From contig JBLWGC010000159.1 in NCBI GenBank assembly GCA_048772705.1, positions 186,001 through 250,000 of the forward strand: a stretch of DNA of 64,000 nt, in the 5' to 3' direction. Numbering within the stretch: position 1 is the stretch's first letter; every line of letters begins with the position of its first letter. Both the position numbers and the translations under genes were made by a program. Positions 30,147-42,458 of the stretch are shown one piece after another. The DNA is from Leidyana gryllorum EB-2025a. Taxonomy: Eukaryota > Protista > Apicomplexa. The notes under the pieces are model-generated. The model had not been told where the DNA came from. It did not search any database and saw only the letters and a list, made by a program, of their open reading frames with translations.

Positions 30147-31915
30147 ATGTTCTATCACTACTGTCTTCCCTCTCATGATAACGATCCACTCCACTTTGAC
30201 GATCAGACTGCATCCGAATTCTGTGATGACCATTCACCCGATTCGAATGCCTCCACTGCTGTTTCAACTCATGCGCCACATGACAGCCTCCTGTGCTCAC
30301 AGGTAAACACTGCAACCACCGAAGGCTGTGACACCACCGCGCTACGTCCCAATCAGACGCTGAAACTCAGTGGTGTGGATGATGCATCCAGTCTTCCATG
30401 TGACGCCTTTTCACCTTCCACACAAGTGCTCATTAAGAACACTTTTATCCAATTCGACGAGGGGGCGCCCATCAAATATGAGGTGGCGCATCGCCCTCGT
30501 GGGAGCAGTTGTGATGCTGTGCTCACTGGGCCTCATCTGGGACGACATAAACTAGAGACTCTCAGTGCTATACCCGAACATGTTGGACGGTCGTCCTGCA
30601 CGTGCGTGCCGCCCATTTATTGCGACCACTGCCGAGAGGAGTCAAACGACCGAGAACACCCGAATACAACCAGAGCCGACCTCAGCCCCGGCGAGCTCGC
30701 CGATTCTTTGCGCAACTGCCTACCTTTACATAGAATGCCTCTAGATAAATTGCCAGGAGGTCCGTCCGGGACGGAGACGCATAACGTCTCGTCATCCAAT
30801 GAGAAGACCACCGTGATGCTGCGGAACATACCGAACAAGTATACTCAGTCAATGCTACTCGAGGCAGTTGATCAAGACTTCAAAGGCCTCTACGATTTCT
30901 TCTATCTACCTATTGATTTCAAGAACAAGTGTAACGTTGGCTACGCCTTCATCAATTTCATCCACCCTTATTACGGTACGTCGGATTCTCCTAGGACCTG
31001 CTGGGATACATAACTCTCTCGGGCACTGATTGACTCACGACGCCCTCGCTGCTTCGATTGGATCCTCTCTGCGCCTCCAAGCAATTGCTCGTTGAGCAGC
31101 ACTTCTCCCCGGACCTGCTCTCTCTGCAATCCTCATCCGTAACCACCGCTGAGACTCAGACGGGCTGAAGAAGCTGAGGCAGCTGCTTGATGCCGGCAGG
31201 TATTAATGGTGTGTTCTTGCAACGTCATGTCATTGAAAATGTGTGGCTGTGGGTGTACGTTCTAATTGTGTGTCACACATCAAACGTTGGTGGCACACCA
31301 CACCACGTTCAAAGAAAGACTGTGGATGTTGTGTGTCTGTCTGTCTCGGTGTCTCGATCTCCGTGCGCGTGTGCGCACGTGCGTGTGTTTGTATATCGGA
31401 TCTGATGATGAAAGTGTTACGTATGGAAATATAGAAGCGGTTGATCAACTGGCTATTCCGCACGTGTGTGTGTGTGCTCGTCGTATTTAGGCCCGCAACA
31501 TCGTGGGTCGATCGAGCTCCTGAGAGATGGGACCTTTGAATGTTCTTCCATGTGAAGAATGAGTCGTGGTGGTTGATGTATGATTGTTTTTGTTTCTGCA
31601 GCTAATCTGTTTGCCACGAAATTCGCTGGATTGAAATTGACTGCGTTCAAGTCAAAGAAGATCTGTGAGGTGTCTTGGGGAAGAGTTCAAGGCTTACGAG
31701 CGAATATTGAACACTATCGCAACAGCGTGATCATGTCCTTACCGAATCCCCAATACAAGCCTCTCTTGTTCAAAGATGGCATCTCGCTTCAGTTTCCGGG
31801 CCCCGCCAACCACTCCGCTTCCTTGAACAGCTCTACCTCAACAACTGCTTCTTCGTCGAATGGAGGAACTCACAAGAATCGTCACCATCGCCATTACCAC
31901 GGAAAGAAAGCTTAA
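30147..31915 (+). CDS. Mei2-like RNA-binding protein (RRM_2), copy 2
   Basis: Same RRM_2 signature; the intron at the homologous position is 626 nt (30976-31601). Confidence 0.92.
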
Positions 31916-32257
31916 TGTGACAATTGGTATAAGTCCTGCATCCAGGTAACGAGAAGACCTACGGCCGCATACGCTTGGCACGTGCGTGCGTGCGTGCAAG
32001 CCAATCCATCTAACAATTTCTGTCTCTTTGACGCGCGTTTGTGTACATATTTTGAGGGGCTATCGTACTGCTGCTATCTGGAAGCAGCCCTGCTCCCTTT
32101 AACTCTTCTTCTCCTTTCTCTCATTGGACATCTCTTGTTATTGATTTTTCTGCCTATAAATCTAGCTCGCGCGCGCGATTGACTGACGTGTGTTGTTGAT
32201 TGATTGATGATTCTGATGTCATGTTATTGGAAGGTCTACAAGCCTCTCATGAGCGCA

Positions 32258-33822
32258 TCAATATCCATCGCTGGTGTGGGTTCCGTTAGCCATTGTTTCA
32301 CTGGACCTTCCACTTGCTGAAAAGAACAGATTGGAGTCTGGTTGCGATTTCATTACCTCTTGGATTGCTAATGCTTCAACAGTCGGTGGCTCTGTTGACG
32401 CCCTGAGCTTCCCATTCCGCCAGTCCTCGAGAACGAGTCTCACCGCGGCACCAATATCCCTTAAACCTCCTTTCTTGAGTAGTTTGCGGTGTTCTGCTAT
32501 GTGGCCAAGCACTTCCCGCACATCTGGGAGACAGAATATCCCGGCATCAATTTTATACTGCTCCACAAACTGAGCCTCCATCCCAACTAATTGCCGCAAC
32601 ATGTCCACCGCCCTCTCCCCGACTTCTTGATCATAATTCTATAACACAGTTCACACATAGACGTTACCACCAAGGCGTCACCTACCTTGACGCACCCTCG
32701 AAGGACGGCCACTGGATCACCCTCGTTGCCTTCCAAGATGACTCCTGGAGTATCTATTAGGAGCAGCTGATCGCTCAATTTGACTCGCGCCAATGTACGT
32801 GTGACTCCAGCCTCGTTCCCAGTCTTCACCTTGGTGGTGTTGCGACAGAGGGAGTTGATAACACTGGATTTGCCCACATTTGGCATTCCGACGACTGCCA
32901 CAGTAATGCTTTTGAAGGCTGGTGCTTTCGCAGGATCTTCAACAACAGCCCCGCCCCCCTCGGCCATCTCCTGGCCGGGTACCGCCGCCGACTCAGTGGT
33001 AACCCCATTGGCGTTTCGGCTGTAGTTCTTGAGAAGTCCCATTAGTTCCCCTGCACCGAGAGCACCGTAACCCGTCTTGAACAACTTGGCGGGAGCTTGC
33101 GTAGCCGTCTGAGGTGTGAACTTGGACGTTGAGTGTTTCGACCTGGACTCTGTGGTCATAGCGCGAAAAGGCACTGTAGGGTAGTAGCGTTTCAAATATC
33201 GAACCCATCGTTCAACACGTTGTTGGTCGTCACAGAGATCGATCTTGTTGACCAGAATGATCAGTTTCTTTCCATTTGCCATACAATACCTCTCCACATT
33301 ATGAGATCGATAACCCTCCGGATCCCGAGCGTCCACCACTTCGATTATGACATCCGCTTCGTTTATGGCTTTGTTTAACTGAGTGGCGAAGGCTTTTCTC
33401 GTCTGGTTGTGGGAGGAGGAGTGACGCTTCTCATCGTCGTCGGAGCCGTTGTTGAGTCTGCGTTCATCGTCAGAGTCCCTATCCGCCATGGCGGCCGCCT
33501 TCTCGACTGCAGCTGCAGCATGTGACTCCAAAAGCTTTTGATTGGCTGCCTCCTCGAGGTAATATTCAATTTGCTCCTGTGATAACCCAACGAGAGCGGC
33601 GGGGTCTACGGCGGCCAGCAACTGGGCCTTGGAGACTTCCAGCTGTTCCGAAAAACCTGCATGTAGCTTGTGCAGGCGATTGCGTTGGGCCTCCTGTATA
33701 CTTTTTGGCACTTTACTCTTCGCCTTGGCCTCTGTCTTCTTGTTTGGAGACTTGCTGGAGGGCCTCTCGGCCATATCATCTCGTCTCTGCTTAGTGCGTC
33801 GCGCGCCAGCCGGCTTCCCCAT
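32258..33822 (-). CDS. Nucleostemin/GNL3/Nug1-like circularly permuted GTPase
   Basis: DARDP, NKIDL (G4), GMPNVGKSS (G1), GVT, DTPG (G3) in permuted order; C-terminal LKKGG...DWRNGKL; one short intron. Confidence 0.9.
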
Positions 33823-34133
33823 TCTAAAAAATGCCGAGGAGCGGGTCCCACACGGTTTTTCGACAGGCTATGGGTTTACTTAAGGTTGTCTATCAGCTGA
33901 TCAATAGATTTGAGGTTTCGGTTGACCACTTTATCATAGATGTGTAAAGTATTGGACACCGTTAGGTAGCCTGTGTGACACATTTTTCTGTCTTGTCGTG
34001 TGCGACAGGCCGATATGCAAGTGATATCGTCATTCAAACTTTTAGCACTTTTTGCTTTCCTTTTTTATCACCACTACTTACCCTCTTTGGCCAGAGGTAC
34101 TGCCAAGCGGAACTTTGTTGTGGATTGAGCGTT

Positions 34134-35438
34134 ATGTTGAATTACCTCGTTGGTGTTCTAGCTCTTCCCGCCGCTATGGCTTGGTGGGATGGAGGCCACT
34201 ATATCAGTGGCGCCATCGCTCGCCAGACCCTTTTGGATCAGGGCAAGTCGAACGTTGTCGACTGGATTGAGAAGATTCTCGCTTTGGATGCCGACAGTTA
34301 CGGCGCTCACAGCACTTTTTTGACTGCGCCGACATGGATGGATGACATCAAATCCTCCTACAGCAGCGGGAACACCACTGCCAACCCAGTTCGCCCTGCG
34401 GTCGCTGTGTGGAATAGCAATCATTTCATGAACATTCCGGTCGAGAATGGCTGCCACGGAGATTGCATCAAGGACCTTAGCGCCATGACACAATACTTGG
34501 GAGAAGGTTACAATCAGATTGACACTCTTCTCGGGGCAGCCATGAGGCATTTGGCGCCGGAGGGGTCCACTCGCCCACCTGGAAACGGCGACATCTGGGC
34601 AACTCAGCTCCACTTGCGTTGGCTGGTCCACCTTATGGGTGACGCTCATATGCCAATGCACATGACTGGAATGTGGCACAGAGGACTGTGGGAGTGTCCC
34701 GTGCCCTGCAACTTTGAGTGGTGCACTGAATGTAAGGAACACAGCGATCACCCTCAATCCGTTCCGGGCAAGACATACTTGGAACGCAACCACCACTGCA
34801 ATGGCGGAAACTACATTCACGTCAAATATGACGAATCAAAATGGCCCCAAGGGATGGACGTTGTCTCGAAAGACGACCTTCATGGATTCTGGGATAGTAT
34901 GGGGGGATTTGCTCAGGCTTATGCCAACGAACTCACCGACAAGGAGAAAGAAGAGCTCGCTGGGATCGTCATGAAAGCTCACCCCTTCGATGAAATGAAA
35001 CAGAAGTTCAACATTTGGGGCAACAACTGGACTTTGAGAGGCGACGTGTACCCCTATGCCTACGAAGTTGCTGCTATTGGTGCTGCTGACGACGTGGTCG
35101 ATGGAAAGAGGTGGTATGCCTTCATGGACGTTGATGTTACCAAGCACTTGTGCTTCACTGGCATGAACGCTGAGCAGAAGTACTGCCAAAACCACCGCAG
35201 TCTGCAATTGAGTGAAGAGTATCGCGCCTTCACTGAGAAGGCGTCCAAACGTTTGGTGGCTCTTGCTGGCTACCGTATGGCCGATGCACTCAACCGCGTG
35301 GTTGAAGGTTTACCAGCGCGCATGAAGACTGAGATCGACAAACGTCTCAAGGAGCAGGAGAATACCTCTGGAGCCGCTTCTCTGTTGTCCCTTGGCGCGA
35401 CTTTACTTGTGACAGGGGCAATTGTCTTGGCACATTGA
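34134..35438 (+). CDS. S1/P1 nuclease (class I nuclease/3'-nucleotidase), secreted and membrane-anchored
   Basis: Signal peptide followed by WWDGGH, WMDDIK, HLMGDAHMPMH, GGN, LHGFWDS and AGYRMA; hydrophobic C-terminus; intronless. Confidence 0.92.
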   Translation: MLNYLVGVLALPAAMAWWDGGHYISGAIARQTLLDQGKSNVVDWIEKILALDADSYGAHSTFLTAPTWMDDIKSSYSSGNTTANPVRPAVAVWNSNHFMNIPVENGCHGDCIKDLSAMTQYLGEGYNQIDTLLGAAMRHLAPEGSTRPPGNGDIWATQLHLRWLVHLMGDAHMPMHMTGMWHRGLWECPVPCNFEWCTECKEHSDHPQSVPGKTYLERNHHCNGGNYIHVKYDESKWPQGMDVVSKDDLHGFWDSMGGFAQAYANELTDKEKEELAGIVMKAHPFDEMKQKFNIWGNNWTLRGDVYPYAYEVAAIGAADDVVDGKRWYAFMDVDVTKHLCFTGMNAEQKYCQNHRSLQLSEEYRAFTEKASKRLVALAGYRMADALNRVVEGLPARMKTEIDKRLKEQENTSGAASLLSLGATLLVTGAIVLAH

Positions 35439-35674
35439 GGAGGAGTTGGCTCGGTGTTACACGCCTGGTAGCTCATTTTTAGGGGCTCAATCGCACCCAC
35501 AGTTGATTGTTCGATTTATCATATCATCAGCTATTTTTCCGAGTCTCTAATATCCGACGAAAAAAGCTCGAAGGAGAGTGAGCGTCTAACACAGCCGATA
35601 TTTGGAACGTTTAGGTTGTCCACTGCACCTCTGAAAGAAAGCAGAAAGGAAAGTTCACTAAGAACACTCTGTGG

Positions 35675-37112
35675 TCAAGCGATCCTCACCCTAACTATAG
35701 TAGTGTTCACTGGCCGCCTTTCTAAGTACTGTTGTTGCGGCTGCAGCTGCTGGTGGTGGTGATGTGCCATTCCTCGCATCATCACTGGAGCTGCCGCCTG
35801 CTGGACTGCAGCCGGCTGTTGCAAGGTAGTCCCCACAACGTATGGCTCAGCAGCCACTTGAGGCATTAGGTGCGCAGGTATAGGCTGAATCGCTCCTGGT
35901 CGCTGTTGCTGTGTCCCATGTGGCACTGGAAAGCCCTGTTGCACCAATCTGACGGTTCTTGTGGGAACCTGTACATAGCCGGCCCCCGACATCGGGGCAG
36001 GAGCGCTACCGCGGCTCATCGCGTCCAAAACATGTCCGTCGACTGTAGATAACTGACTGTACAAGTCATTCAAGCCAAAATGGATGTAGCTGTACGTGGC
36101 AGACGCGCGTATGAAAAGAGCACAGTGTCTCTCAGCCAACTCACTGTGTAAGTATGCAATCCAGGAAACTTCTGAGAGCTGCCGCTTCGCTCGCAATCGC
36201 TAAAGAGGAAACAAAAGTGTAACCCAAGTCGGCCACAACACCATCTGCTTACCACCTGGCAAGGATACCTCGGCCCCACACAGTCGACCGTAGAGGGACT
36301 TCATCTGCGCCATTGCATCTCGGGCCTCAGCCAGGCTGCGAGTCAGATTCAGCCATTCATGCATCGTTTCTTTCGCAATGTATTGATCTCTGACACCCAA
36401 GTTGTCCACCAAATAGCCTACCAACTCTCTACCGAGATCTGCCGAAATCGAATCAGTGATGGGTACACACCGCGCATAACTCACTGTTGACCTCCGATGG
36501 GCTGTTACTGGTCAGAAGAGTGGCACACTTGCCCGACAGCTCGGCTATTTCAGACTGTTGGACGCTGCCCATACGGTGGAAGATATCGAGAGACCGGAAA
36601 TCGCCCTCTTTGAGCTGCCAAGCGGTGATAATTTCTCTCAAAGCAACATCCTCTCGTTCCGGCATCGATAGCTCGACCTGTACGGCAACGTCGGACGAAA
36701 CCTCCACAGCGGACTCGATCTCCTCCTCCTGAGTAGGCAATGGTTCGGGCTGCTCCTGAGCAGACAACAAGGTCTCCTCTCGGCGAGAAAAGTCCGAGAA
36801 GTCAGTCTTGCAGCTCCAACAAGCCCCTTTCGACTCAACCCGAGGCGGTGAGGCAGCCTCTTGAGAAGGCTCGGGCCGCTTTTCACATGAGAGTGCAGGG
36901 ATATGAGGTGGGGCGGTTGAGAGTCGTTGAATTTCAGAGTCCGGATGGCTTGGTTCTTGCAACTTGCGGAGGTCTAATGTGCTCGTACTCGAAAAAGTTG
37001 TAGGATCCACCTCATCCTTGTGGCTGGAGGTGAGCTTCACCGTCCCCTGTGCCCATAGTTCTTGTGAGTTAGCTACTGTCATGTGTCTCAACCTTGCACC
37101 ATCGCATGCCAT
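35675..37112 (-). CDS. Hypothetical protein (multi-exon, Gln-rich C-terminus)
   Basis: Consecutive same-strand ORFs 36453-37115, 36200-36484 and 35675-36196 with plausible splice sites; no domain recognised. Confidence 0.5.
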
Positions 37113-37955
37113 CAAGGCTTCTCAGCCGACATTGAAGTAAAAGATAAGCCAAGACCCTTCCGTACATGAAGGGTCAAGTATCCAGCTTTTGCAGCTTCCA
37201 TTATATTGGTGCGATCGTCGTCGATTAGGAGCACCTGTTCAGGATCGACATTAAAGTCTCTACAAACCAAACTAAGATGGAAATTCTTGGACTTCGGGAC
37301 TGCGGTGTCTTCACACAGCGCGAGTCGCTCATGCAGATCACGTAGTTTCTCAGTGCTTTGATACAATCTGCAGCAGTAAAGTCATTTCATAGCACGTCTC
37401 CGGAGCACACACTACAATCGATCGAAACACTCAGCACCCACCTGGGATAGAACGGATAAACTCGCGAAATGCGGAATGCCGCACCCGATTTCTCCATGAA
37501 AGTTTGAACCAAGGCTTCACCAGCCAACAGACGATCAGGCTCTTGTCGCGGGCCGCACAGAAGGCTCCTCATCCCCTCGTCCGAGAAAGTCACACACACC
37601 ATCGGGATATCCGCGTTGCCAGCGGCCACACCCAAAGCGTTCATATCGGGGGACAATGAACGCCATAGACGGTGCGTCGAACGGGCATCTCGATCAACGC
37701 AGCCTCCAGAATGGCGGCGAGTCATAGTATTGTCGAAATCAACAGCCAACACCTTGACTCCTCGACGTTTGAGCCACGACAACATGAAGTCAGCCACGTC
37801 TTCGGCCATCACTACGCGCTCCCGGGTCAGCCTACACATACTAGCTATAAAGAGGCCAAACAACCTCTGCTGACTCGCGGGGCCGGACGTTCGTCTAGGG
37901 GACATGCGCGACGAGCTCACCAGATAACCTCCGGCCGTGCGACCCAAGGTTGTCC
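37112..37955 (-). CDS. HAD-superfamily phosphatase
   Basis: VLAVDFDNT (DxDxT motif I), VTFS, KSKNFHL and LLIDDDRTNI (motif IV); intron about 37440-37372. May share an mRNA with the upstream exon. Confidence 0.8.
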
Positions 37956-38116
37956 TGCAAACGAGGAATGATCGGCGCGAAAGTAGAATGAGAGATGAAA
38001 AATGATACATTGGAATAGATTGGGAGGAATATAGACAGCGTGCCGGCCGGTGAGATACAGCCGTTGGCATAGTTCAAGCGAAAGGGGATTCTCAATATCT
38101 GCAATATCTGGAGAGC

Positions 38117-39046
38117 TTACGGTGGATCGTCATCATATGTCAAATGTGTGAGGAGATTGAGTGAGGGTGGGAAGGATGCCCGTCGTATGGGCCTGCGTCT
38201 TGTCGCGAGTATATCACGCATACAATCGGCGGCTCTCCAAGAAGCGGGTGACATACTCGGAGCCGGGGATCGTGTATTAAAGCCAGAGGTTTTGCGGCTG
38301 GGTGATGAGAGGTCGGGTCTGAATTGGGAGACTCCAAAAAGTGCTGGCTCCATAGGAAGCGCCAGGCGGGGTACTAATGGTTTCTTGGGTTGCGCACTTC
38401 GGGGTGGGCGGGGATGGTCGGACTGAATGGTTGAGTCGGACGATGAGACGGTAGATGCGGGTGGGGAGTCAGCGTGCGAGACAAGTTCCGAAGATCTCGA
38501 AATGACGGGTGGCGGAGATCCCTCCATACTGAACCGTCCTGGAGATCTGGACTTGGGAGATATGAGGGGGACAGGTGTAGAGCTTCTGAGTCCGCGTTTG
38601 CGATTGAAGGGACTTGTTGGGCGAGAAGCGGACATGGAGGAGTTCCGAGCAGATAGATCATAGTCGAGAGTGAAAGTCTTGGGAGATGACGGTGTGGGCC
38701 CTCTTGAAGACGCAATTGGGGTTCGAGGAACGGCTATCCGCGGTTCAGATGGGCGTGAGTGCCGCACAGTGAGGCTCCGGTCGGTGTCAAGAGAGGGGAG
38801 GACTAAGCTTCCGGCAAAGTCTAAGGTGGGGACACGGTGAGGCATGGGGCGATGTTGTGTGGGGACAGTGGCAATGCGGCGATGTTCCTCCCGACGGTTG
38901 GGACTCCATTGACGGACGCGGCTTAATCCGCGAGGTAAGGTGGAATCTTGTCTCGTATAGATGACTGCAGAGTGCGTAGGCGCAATATCTCCCACAGGAA
39001 TGTATGTAGCCACAGGAGGCCCAGACCACAACCCTTCAGGTTTCAT
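38117..39046 (-). CDS. Ser/Pro/Arg-rich ORF, possibly the first exon of the HAD gene
   Basis: 309-codon ORF; a GTAAGC donor at 38120 can join in frame to the acceptor at 37956 upstream of the HAD domain. Confidence 0.5.
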   Translation of the reverse strand: MKPEGLWSGPPVATYIPVGDIAPTHSAVIYTRQDSTLPRGLSRVRQWSPNRREEHRRIATVPTQHRPMPHRVPTLDFAGSLVLPSLDTDRSLTVRHSRPSEPRIAVPRTPIASSRGPTPSSPKTFTLDYDLSARNSSMSASRPTSPFNRKRGLRSSTPVPLISPKSRSPGRFSMEGSPPPVISRSSELVSHADSPPASTVSSSDSTIQSDHPRPPRSAQPKKPLVPRLALPMEPALFGVSQFRPDLSSPSRKTSGFNTRSPAPSMSPASWRAADCMRDILATRRRPIRRASFPPSLNLLTHLTYDDDPP

Positions 39047-39079
39047 CTGAATTTTATTAAAGCCGACTTTTGGGATACT

Positions 39080-42000
39080 ATGGCAATCAGAACATATGGC
39101 CCTGAACTCTTCAGCAAGCTGGGAGATACCGAGTTTGGCAAATCAGTCAATGTTATTGACTTCCGAGGCTTGTATGAAGCAGCTGTTACGCTCAAGCCTC
39201 CGTCTCACTGGCCCCAAACTCCGTGGATTACTTGGAAGGGGGGCGCTAAGGGGCGGAATAAGGCGGATGCCAAAGACATATTATTTGGCGGTTTGCTCCG
39301 CGTATGGCCAGAGTGCGTACCCTACACTGCTTTTTCTCCGTATAAAGATCTGCTATGTTCCATCTTTCGTGGCAAGCCACTTGGCCAGACTTTGGGCAGT
39401 GTCTGCGATTATATGGCCACTTTGAGGCCCTCGACTCCTCAAGATCAGCTCACCTTCCTGGCTGCCCTCGACGCGAAGCATAGCGCTGAGCTACAAAATC
39501 AACTGCTCAAGACGGCACCCAAAAGCCCAAACTCTAACTCGCTATTGTGGCCGCTCCTCTGTAAACTCTGGAAAGGCACAGAGTGGGGTGGACGATCCAT
39601 CAAGAAAGATGTACCCAAAGACCCCGTCACCAAGAAAGAGCTCCTGGACTCTTTGGATACCGTGAGCAAAGACACAAAACTCAAGTGTCTCGTGTTCCGC
39701 AAGACCAATTTGGCCCTGGGGTCTGCCCCAGCCCCTCCAGGTGACACCGACCAACGGTTGGCGAGCCTCTCATTCTGTGTGCCTACGGCCCGAGACAGCG
39801 CCGACGTCCCTCAACCGCAGTGGTTCGACTATGTCGACGACACGGGTACGCGGGTGGCACGCATCAGTGTAGTCGGTCGCAAGTACTACACCCCGGAAGT
39901 CGTCATCGAAGAGGAAGAGTCGCACGACATCTGGAGTTCCAAACACCAAATCAAAGCTCGAGGTGACTTGGAATGGAAACCGCGTGTGGACCTCAGGAAG
40001 AGAGGGAGAGCCCCAATGGTCACTTCCATACAGATTCGCATTGATCTGTTCAAAGGCGATCGAGACTTGGAGGCCGCCACTCAGGATGTCGGTCTGGCGG
40101 TGCTGTGCTATGTGCTCTTTTCCGACGCTGCTCGCAGTGCGTCCTACTTCCATCAAATCTGGGAGAACCACGAGCCCCCTCCGAGGCTCGCGGGCGGAGG
40201 ACCTGCACCGGACACCGAGGTCAGGCTACCCGTGCCGGAAGTGGCGACCATACAGCCGGGGCCCGCGGTGGAGAACGGTCGCTCTCTCTTGACTAAGATT
40301 ATGGGCAAAATCGAAGTGGACGCTCGGAAACGGTACACCGAGCAGTGCAAGGCCTACAAGCTGGACCAGGAGGACAGTGCCAAAACCCATACACGTTGTA
40401 CTACAACCCCTCCGCCGGAGACTTTTGATGATGAGCCATACAAAATTGGCAAGGACGAAAAAAGCGAAGACCACAGATGTTATTGGAGTGTCAACTACTA
40501 TCCCGTAGTCCTCGAATATCCCCTTCAAGGCGATAAAGAGACTGTCCGCTCCAAAGATCCCTTCAGACTACTCTCCGTTCGCGATGACTGCAAGCAGCTC
40601 GCAATTGTCCTCCATCGGATCCTCACCTATATATGTGGGCAGAATCCCATTGTGGTAAGTCTTATAACCCAATAAATCCCGCACGTTCGTTGTATGTGAC
40701 ATGTATTCACTGTCAATCACCCTCACTCTTCACCCGATCGTCCAAATATGACGGTCACAGGCAGGTGGTGATACGGGGAAAGGGTCCACCACATCGATGA
40801 AGACATTGAGAGAAACAGCAGCGGCTCAATGCTTAGCCATCACTCATCTCAGGTCTATGGTTGAAACGCGACGTGCAGCCATTATGCAACGCCTTTTACA
40901 GGCGCCCTATGACCCTATCGAGAGCCTTCCCGTCCAACCCCATGAGTTTCTGCCGTTCTATACCAGTTGCCGTGCCCGACGCCGCCTCCTCGGGGACAAG
41001 TGGGGCGAGGTGCTGTCATTGGACCTGATGCACAGCAAGTTTTGGCGTCTGTGCCCCATAATCGATCTACAGACGGAAGAGAAGGCACCCTGGCGTCCGA
41101 TAGTGTACGACATATGCCTCGCTCGCGCTTCGCATCTCTTCACCCACGACTACCCCGAGACCAAAGAGCTGGACAGAACTGGCCAAGTGGCCAAACGCAT
41201 CCCCCACGATCACGTGAAAAGATTACGCGAAACGTATATCATCCAAGCCACCGAGTGGTCCAGCGCTGCGGCGATGTTCGAGCGGCTCTGTACCGCATTG
41301 AGCAAAGATACAGGCAAACATATATACGAAATGGCACGGGAGGCGATGCGATATATAGTTGGAGATGCGCTGTGGGCCTGTCTTGCAGCACTCACCAATT
41401 GTCCCCCCTCCCCCCACTCCAGGGGCAACACTGCAATCCCAGCCAATCTGGAGGTCAAGGTCGAACCAGAGGTCGGGTACAGATCTCCCTCCAATCAGGT
41501 GAAACAGGAATCAACGCCTGTACCCGAACCTGAATCATCAACACGGCAAACAGAAGCTGGAGTTAACTCTGAAACAGCATGTGATACTGTTCCTTCCACA
41601 GCTTATCCTGTGGAAGGCCAACCTATCAGGCCACACACACACATAATCCATTCCGGAAGCTCATATCACGAATCTCACAGGAGTATCTCCGCGGAGATGA
41701 CAATGGAACAAGATGAAATAGAGTCATTGGGCAAAATCAGTTCGATGTCGGCATCAGCCACCAAGCGAACAGATAAGCAGCACCTACATGCCCAAGAAAC
41801 CCCTCAGACTGATCAAGACTTCGCCCTCGATATCGGTCGGCATACGGACATGGTGGACGAGGATGACGACGAGTCGCCTCGATCTGTATTCCAGCCTCGA
41901 TGTGAAGATTACGTCGAGAGCTTGGGCAGTGTTGACGAGGAGGACAGCTCCTCGGACGAATCAATCGTTGAAAAGGTTTCAACAAAGTCCATCTACGACG

Positions 42001-42458
42001 ATGATGGAGTCCCAAGCACCGCTAATGTTACGTTTGGTATGTCCGAGAGTACTACACATTTGGGACATGACAGCAGCAAGCCCACCGAAGAGATGGCTAG
42101 CACAGCCGGCTCTCCAGAGCTCGACGAAACGCAGGCGACGGTCGCCAACCAGAATCGTCTCCCCTTTCCTCCTGTAGAGGTCTCCTTGCGTGCTCTGGAC
42201 GCCGACTGGAAGCAAGTGAGCACTAAAATCTGGGCGTTGCTGGACCCCAACGCGTGTGGAGATGGCGTGCCGGACTCCGCGATCCGACCTCCAAGCCCGT
42301 GTCGTCGAGGAGACGAAGAAGACTATGAAGAAGATCTCGAGTCGGATATCGAGGATCCACCTACTGAAGATCCAGAGTCCGAAGACCAGCATCCATCTGA
42401 ACCCTCCGTCTCCGTCTCCTTATTCCCCATTGTACTGATTTCTGAAACTGACGCATGA
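39080..42458 (+). CDS. Large hypothetical protein (about 1090 aa, acidic tail)
   Basis: Two long ORFs join in frame across intron 40654-40760 (NPIV|AGGDTGKGSTTSMKT). Confidence 0.7.

Noticed and set aside
31376-31466. Possible C/D box snoRNA (ATGATGA within an 8-bp terminal stem)
   Set aside because: There is no CTGA box D next to the closing stem.
31978-32215. (GTGC)n, (GC)n and (TTGA)n tracts downstream of Mei2 copy 2
   Set aside because: Short simple repeats typical of UTR or intergenic DNA; no evidence of function.
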